From assembly GCF_009914755.1 (NCBI RefSeq), contig NC_060932.1: a stretch of 64,000 nucleotides of DNA; one strand, written 5' to 3'. The notes beneath the pieces are model-generated. The model was not told the origin of the DNA. It saw only the letters and a list, made by a program, of their open reading frames with translations, and searched no databases. Shown piece by piece: positions 58,181 through 64,000 of the stretch. The position numbers were made by a program, and so were the translations under genes. Source of the DNA: the human T2T-CHM13v2.0 reference genome, Homo sapiens. The stretch's first letter is position 1; each line of letters starts with the position of its first letter.

Positions 58181-61036
58181 TAATTAACAAAAGCATGCAT
58201 AAAATGCTTTCTATTTTATAATTGATAGGTAAAACATGCTAAGTTTCTGTTTCCTAGTGTATCTCCTTGTTTAACACTTTAACACAAATCAACATCCTGC
58301 GATGATTATCTGAATGTATTGAAACTGTTATTGTGAGCATAGCCAAAGTGATTTTTTTCTAGTGAAACAGGGAAATAACATTATTAATTGTCTTGGGAGG
58401 AAAGCAAAAAAGAACACCATATTGTTCATTTAGGACTGAAAAATAAGCTGCCAGGATTTCTAAAAAGAAATTGTTTCAAAATCTGTTTGGACTTTTCATT
58501 TGGCATTTTTTTCATCATTTAAAAAAATATTTGAAAGCCTTTACTCTTGGATGCCAAATAATATCCTCTCATCCACTTAAACAGTGTCAGAAGACAAAAA
58601 GAGATAAGGAAAAAGACTGCTGGTGATCAAAAGGAAAATGCATTAAAATAAAGCTATTTTCTTCAAAATTAAGTACATTTCAGAAATAAGTTGTTTGTTA
58701 CTAATGAAATTAGACTAAAATATATCAGCACTGGAAACGATCCAGACTTCCATATGGCTCTCATTTTGTAACCTTCAAGAAGTTATGTTTTACTAGCAGT
58801 TGTTTCTCTGAGTTTTAGGAGGAAAAGCTCTTCATTTATTATTTCTATTCCTTTTAGTCAACAATAAGAGTAATACTTGAAATTTAAAATCACATGTAAA
58901 GAAAACAGAATTAAAAAGAAAATAAATTATTTCCAAATTGAATGAATATGTGGTTTGATGGAAACGACATTTTTAAAAATTGTATATAAATAATCCATTT
59001 TCTAATTCCTACCTCCAAAAAAAATGAAAAAATTACAGTGGACGAGCAGAGCTTTCTTCGTTACTCTTACATCCAATAACTCTTGAGATATATATTCTCA
59101 GGAAATAGTTAATTCCAAAGTATGTGATTACTGAGGTTGTTGTTTTGCCCTTTACTTAAATAAAACCAGTAAGCAAATGAGAAGTAACATACACACCTGA
59201 GGCTTCTAGAGAATCCTGAGTGAGAAAGCATAATCAAGAATGCCCCTTTAGCAAACATAATCTCTATGGGTATGCACTTTTTAAAAGGCAGCAATATTTG
59301 ATTCAATTTACAGCTTCATTATAAACATTATAATTTTAACGAGTTGAAATGCAAAAATATGCATTAACCTATTTGATAGCACATGAGCTACCCATACTGT
59401 CATTTATTACATTTTTAAAAATTTTATTAATGATTAATGATGAAACTGAGAAGATTAAGATTCCTAGGTAAATTATCTTTTTACCACCTTTACATAAAGT
59501 CTAGATAAGCTTTCAACGTACTTAATCCAGCAGTATATTTTGTCTTAAGATTTGGACATTTTACCTAAAATACAGATATGATAGCTGATACTAGTCTTGG
59601 CTCTTTGAACTCACACTTATTCTTATGAACGTAAATCTTTTTTAATTTTTTTTTGTATAACCCTTTCCTTGATAACCTCTATCATTAATCCAGTGAAATT
59701 CAAGCTTTGTGGAAATTCATTTATTTAGAAATCTCCCATCAGTTACACCATAAACTGAGGTTTCTTTGGGGGGTGGGGGTGGAAATTAGTAAATTCCTTA
59801 ATCCTATCTTTTTTCCTTATTTTATTCTTCAAGCTCTTCACCACTATTTAGATTACTTTCTGAAGAGAAACAAAATGACTTCCTACTGCTAGTACTCATA
59901 AAGGGAGAAACTGTGTTTTCCACTGGCAGGTCATACCGACCATTACCAAATGGAATGCACAGCGCTAGAGATTCATCTCAGCAGCACTTTCATTGCTTAA
60001 TTCTTTATTCCTTAGGACTTCTGGTACATTGATATCAAAGTGCTTTCTATGGAAAATAAAAATCAGTAAAGAAATTGTCTAAAACAGATGGTACATAATT
60101 GTCTTTGGGGGCTTCAAATATTGCATTGGTTTATAGATTTATCTGAAACTTCTACAAATATTTTTTACTCTGAAAAACAAAATATTGTATGTTCAAAAGA
60201 TGCTAATTGTATCAATAGCTTTATGAGCCTGAGCTGCATAGTTAATCTACATAAACTGACATATGAAATTATTTTTTAACATAGTGTCTCATGAACCACA
60301 ATTTATTTAGAATTTCCTTCTTACCTCAAGATATCTAAGAGACTTTAAAACATCAAAGTTTTACCTACAATTTTTTTGGGTCTCTCTGCCGATGAGAAAA
60401 GATTCAGAATCTTCGTACACACAGCTTGCCTTAATATGTAATTGTCATTCATTTACTAATAACCAGGTTTTACAAAAATTCACGTAAAAACTGAAAGCCT
60501 CATAAGCCTATCATCCAATAACAAGATAGTACGACATGCATAGAGTCCAAATGAGAATCAGAACATGTGTGTTAATGCCCAGATAAATTCTCTTCATCTT
60601 TTTTGTTTCTGTGAGATTATTTACCTTTTGTTGCTCAAGGTTGCTCCTTTGATTTTTATTTTATCACTTGCCATGTAATTCATGTATACCGATAGGTAAA
60701 TTTTAGAAAGCTCCATTTACTTTCATTTGTTTTTTAACCATAAGAGGACTGGTAGCATTCTTTTTACTTTTAACTAAAGAAATGGCACGTTTCTCCAGAA
60801 CCAATGTCTGGTTTCCTTAATAATGAAGTTTCTACAGCAAGAACACTCATCACATGCTCAGCGTTGATTACTGTGAACACTGTATATTTTTCTTAGAGGA
60901 ATTTCAAGCAGAGTAAGCCATTACTGCTTTTTGCAATTTATAACGATTAAAATTATCCATAGTTTACAGGGAAGTCCAAGCATCTTCAAAATTATTGGGC
61001 TATTATGGTAACCTGTGTTTTAAAGGTTGCCATAAT

Positions 61037-61140
61037 ATCTTTAAAGATGGCATGTATCTTTAAAGATGGTCGTCCTATGACCTACAAAATGTATCTTTAA
61101 AGATGTATCTTTAAAGGTGTTTGTCCTCTGACCTACAAAA
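61037..61140. repeat. Small complex repeat built on the palindrome ATCTTTAAAGAT
   Basis: Copies at 61037, 61056, 61093 and 61107 (the last has one mismatch). gtcct(a/c)tgacctacaaaa occurs twice. Confidence 0.9.
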
Positions 61141-61376
61141 ATAATGCATTAGAGATGAGCATTAGACCTGCTGATATAAATGGGCCTCTTCTGATAAGTC
61201 AGAGGTAAAATACACAACTTTTATAATCCAGATATGTGCTTTTACATTTTGGGAATCCCTTGATCCACTTAGCAAATATCTCACCATGAACAGGGTAAAC
61301 AGATATTCAATATTTTCAATAGGTAGTGGTTTTTTTTTTTTGAGAAAGCTTAAATTGTGACACTGAGATGCACACA

Positions 61377-61378
<2 letters not shown>

Positions 61379-61414
<36 letters not shown>
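61379..61414 (+). repeat. (TG)18 microsatellite, with a shorter (GT)n at about 61454-61475
   Basis: Direct reading. Confidence 0.95.
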
Positions 61415-61419
<5 letters not shown>

Positions 61420-61561
61420 AGAGTATAGCATCTCACTGGGGAGTACTTGACCCGTGTGTGTGTGTGTGTATGTGTACTGACACATTTACAAAATAAAATT
61501 CCAATCTTGTAAATACCTTTCCAGAGAATTGAAAAAAAAGCTGATGCCCTAATACATGAAG

Positions 61562-64000
61562 TTTTTATTATCATACTTTAAGTTCTGGAGTACCTGTGCA
61601 GAATGTGCAGGTTTGTTACATAGGTATACGTGTGCCATAGTGGTTTGCTGCACCCATCAACCCATCATCTACATTAGGTATTTCTCCTAATGTTATCCCT
61701 CCCTTAGTCCCACATCCCCTAATAGGCCCCGGTGTGTGATGTTCCTCTCCCTGTGTCCATGTGTTCTCATTGTTCAATTCCCACTTATGAGTGAGAACAT
61801 GCAGTTTTTGATTTTCTCTTCTTGTGTTCGTTTGCTGAGAATGATGTTATCTAGCTTCATCCATGTCCCTGCAAAGGACATGAACTCATCCTTTTTATGG
61901 TTGCTTAGTATTCCACGGTTTATATGTGCCACATTTTCTTTATGCAGTCTATCATTGATTGACATTTGGGTTGGTTCCAAGTCTTTGCTATTGTGAACAA
62001 TGCTGCAATAAACATAGCTGTGCATGTGTCTTTATAGTAGAATGATTTATAATCCTCTAGGTATATAACCAGTAATGGGATTTCTAGGTCAAATGGTATT
62101 TCTAGTTCTAGATCCTTGAGGAATCGCCACATTGTCTTCCACAATGGTTGAACTAATTTGCACTCCTACCAACAGTGTAAAAGTGTTCCTATTTCTCCAC
62201 ATTCTCTCCAGCATCTGTTGTTTCCTGACTTTTTAATGATCGCCATTCTAACTGGATTGAGGTGGTTTTGATTTGCATTTCTCTAATGACCAGTGATGGT
62301 GAGGTGTTTTTCATAATTGTTGGCCACATAAATGTCTTCTTCTGAGAAGTATCTGTTCATATCCTTCACCCACTTTTTGATGGGGTTGTTTTTTTCTTGT
62401 AAATTTAAGTTCTTTGTAGATTCTGGATATTAGCCCTTTGTCAGATAAAGAGATTGCAAAAACTTTCTCCCATTCTGTAGGTTGCCTGTTCACTCTGATG
62501 ATAGTTTCTTTTGCTATGCAGAAGCTCTTTAGTTTAATTAGATCCCATTTGTCTATTTTGGCTTTTGTTGCCATTGCTTTTGGTGTTTTAGTCATGAGGT
62601 CTTTGCCCACACCTATGTCCTGAGTGGTATTGCCTAGGTTTTCTTCCAGGGTTTTTATGGTTTTAGGTGTTACATTTAGGTCTGTAATCCATCTTGAGTT
62701 AATTTTTGTATAAGGTGCTAGGAAAGGGTCCAGTGTCAGTTTTCTGCATATGGCTAGCCAGTTTTCCCAACAGCATTTATTAAATAGGGAATCCTTTTCC
62801 AATTGCTTGTTTTTGTCAGATTTGTCAAAGATCAGATGGTTGTGGATGTGTGGTGTTATTTCCGAAGTTTCTGTTCCGTTGCATTGGTCTACGTATCTGT
62901 TTTGGCACCAGTACCATGCTGTTTTGATTACTGTAGCCTTGTATTATAGTTTGAAGTCTGGTAGCATGATCCCTCCAGCTTTGTTCTTTTTACTTAGGAT
63001 TGTCTTGGCTACGTGGGCTCTTTTTTGGTTCCATATGAAATTTACAGTTGTTTTTTCTAATTCTGTGAAGAAAGTCATTGGTACCTTGATGGGGATAGCA
63101 TTGAATCTATAAATTACTTTGGGCACTATGGACATTTTTATGATACTGATTCTTCTTATCCATGAGCATGGTATGTTTTTCCATTTGTTTGTGGCCCCTC
63201 TTATTTCCTTGAGCAGTGGTGTGTAATTCTCCTCGAAGAAGTCCTTCACATCCCCTGTAAGTTGTATTCCTAGGTATTTTATTATCTTTATAGCAATTGT
63301 GAATGGGAGTTGACTCATGATTTGGCTCTCTGTTTGTCTATTATTGGTGTTAGGAATGCTTGTGATTTTTGCACATAGATTTTGTATCCTGAGAGTTTCC
63401 TGATTTTGCTTATGAGCTTAAGGAGATTTTGGGCTCAGACAGTGGGGTTTTCTAAATATACAATCATGACATCTGCAAACAGAGACAATTTCACTTTCTT
63501 TCTATTTAAATACACATTCTTTCTTTCTTGTGTTCTGATTATCCTGGCCAGAACTTCCAATACTATGTTGAATAGGAGTGGTGAGAGAGGTTAACTTTGT
63601 CTTATGCCAGTTTTTGAAGGGAATGCTGCTTTCAGCTTTTGGCCATTCAGTATGATATTAGCTGTGGGTTTGTCATAAATAGCTCTTATTATTTTGAGAT
63701 ACATTCCATCAATATCTAGTTTGTTGAGAGTTTTTAGCATGAAGTGGTGTTGAATTTTATCAAAGGCCTTTTCTGAATCTATTTAGATAATCGTGTGGTT
63801 TTTGTGATTGGTTCTGTTTATATGATGGATTACATTTATTGATTTCCGTATGTTGAACCAGCCTTGCATCCCAGGGATGAAGCCCACTTGATTGTGGTGG
63901 ATAAACTTTTTGATGTGCTGCTAGATTCAGTTTGGTAGTATTTTTTTGAGGATTTTTGCATCGATGCTCATCAGGGATACTGGCCTGAAATTTTCTTTTT
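61562..64000 (-). mobile_element. L1PA7/8-like element running off the window end
   Basis: L1PA 3' end tttttattatcatactttaagttctggag and ORF2 remnants 61920, 62311 and 62944. Confidence 0.95.

Noticed and set aside
61037-61140. CRISPR-like repeat-spacer appearance
   Set aside because: Primate DNA, 12-bp repeats, irregular and mutually duplicated spacers, and no cas genes.

Overview
AT-rich primate (most likely human) genomic DNA containing the 3' end of SGCZ (zeta-sarcoglycan) on the minus strand. The last three coding exons are 52135-52207 (73 nt), 46352-46475 (124 nt) and 34242-34436 (64 aa + TGA). They have canonical GT-AG boundaries and splice in frame to ...[131 protein letters not shown] call them exons 6, 7 and 8 from memory of the gene structure. 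The rest of the window is intron, probable 3' UTR and downstream intergenic DNA, dominated by L1 fragments, eight Alus, THE1 and MER21 LTRs, MER53, L2/MIR and microsatellites. The long ORFs in the track are mostly L1/Alu remnants; the short ones in unique DNA look like chance ORFs. I found no convincing new gene system. The best leads are unproven RNA-processing hypotheses: a 4-nt candidate poison microexon in intron 6, an exon-7 read-through with an intronic AATAAA, and inverted Alus around exons 6-7. There are also clear mutational scars: a perfect 187-bp tandem duplication, a 68-bp dispersed duplication, an L1 micro-inversion and a twin-primed L1. Repeat subfamily calls were made by eye, and boundaries are approximate unless a TSD is given.
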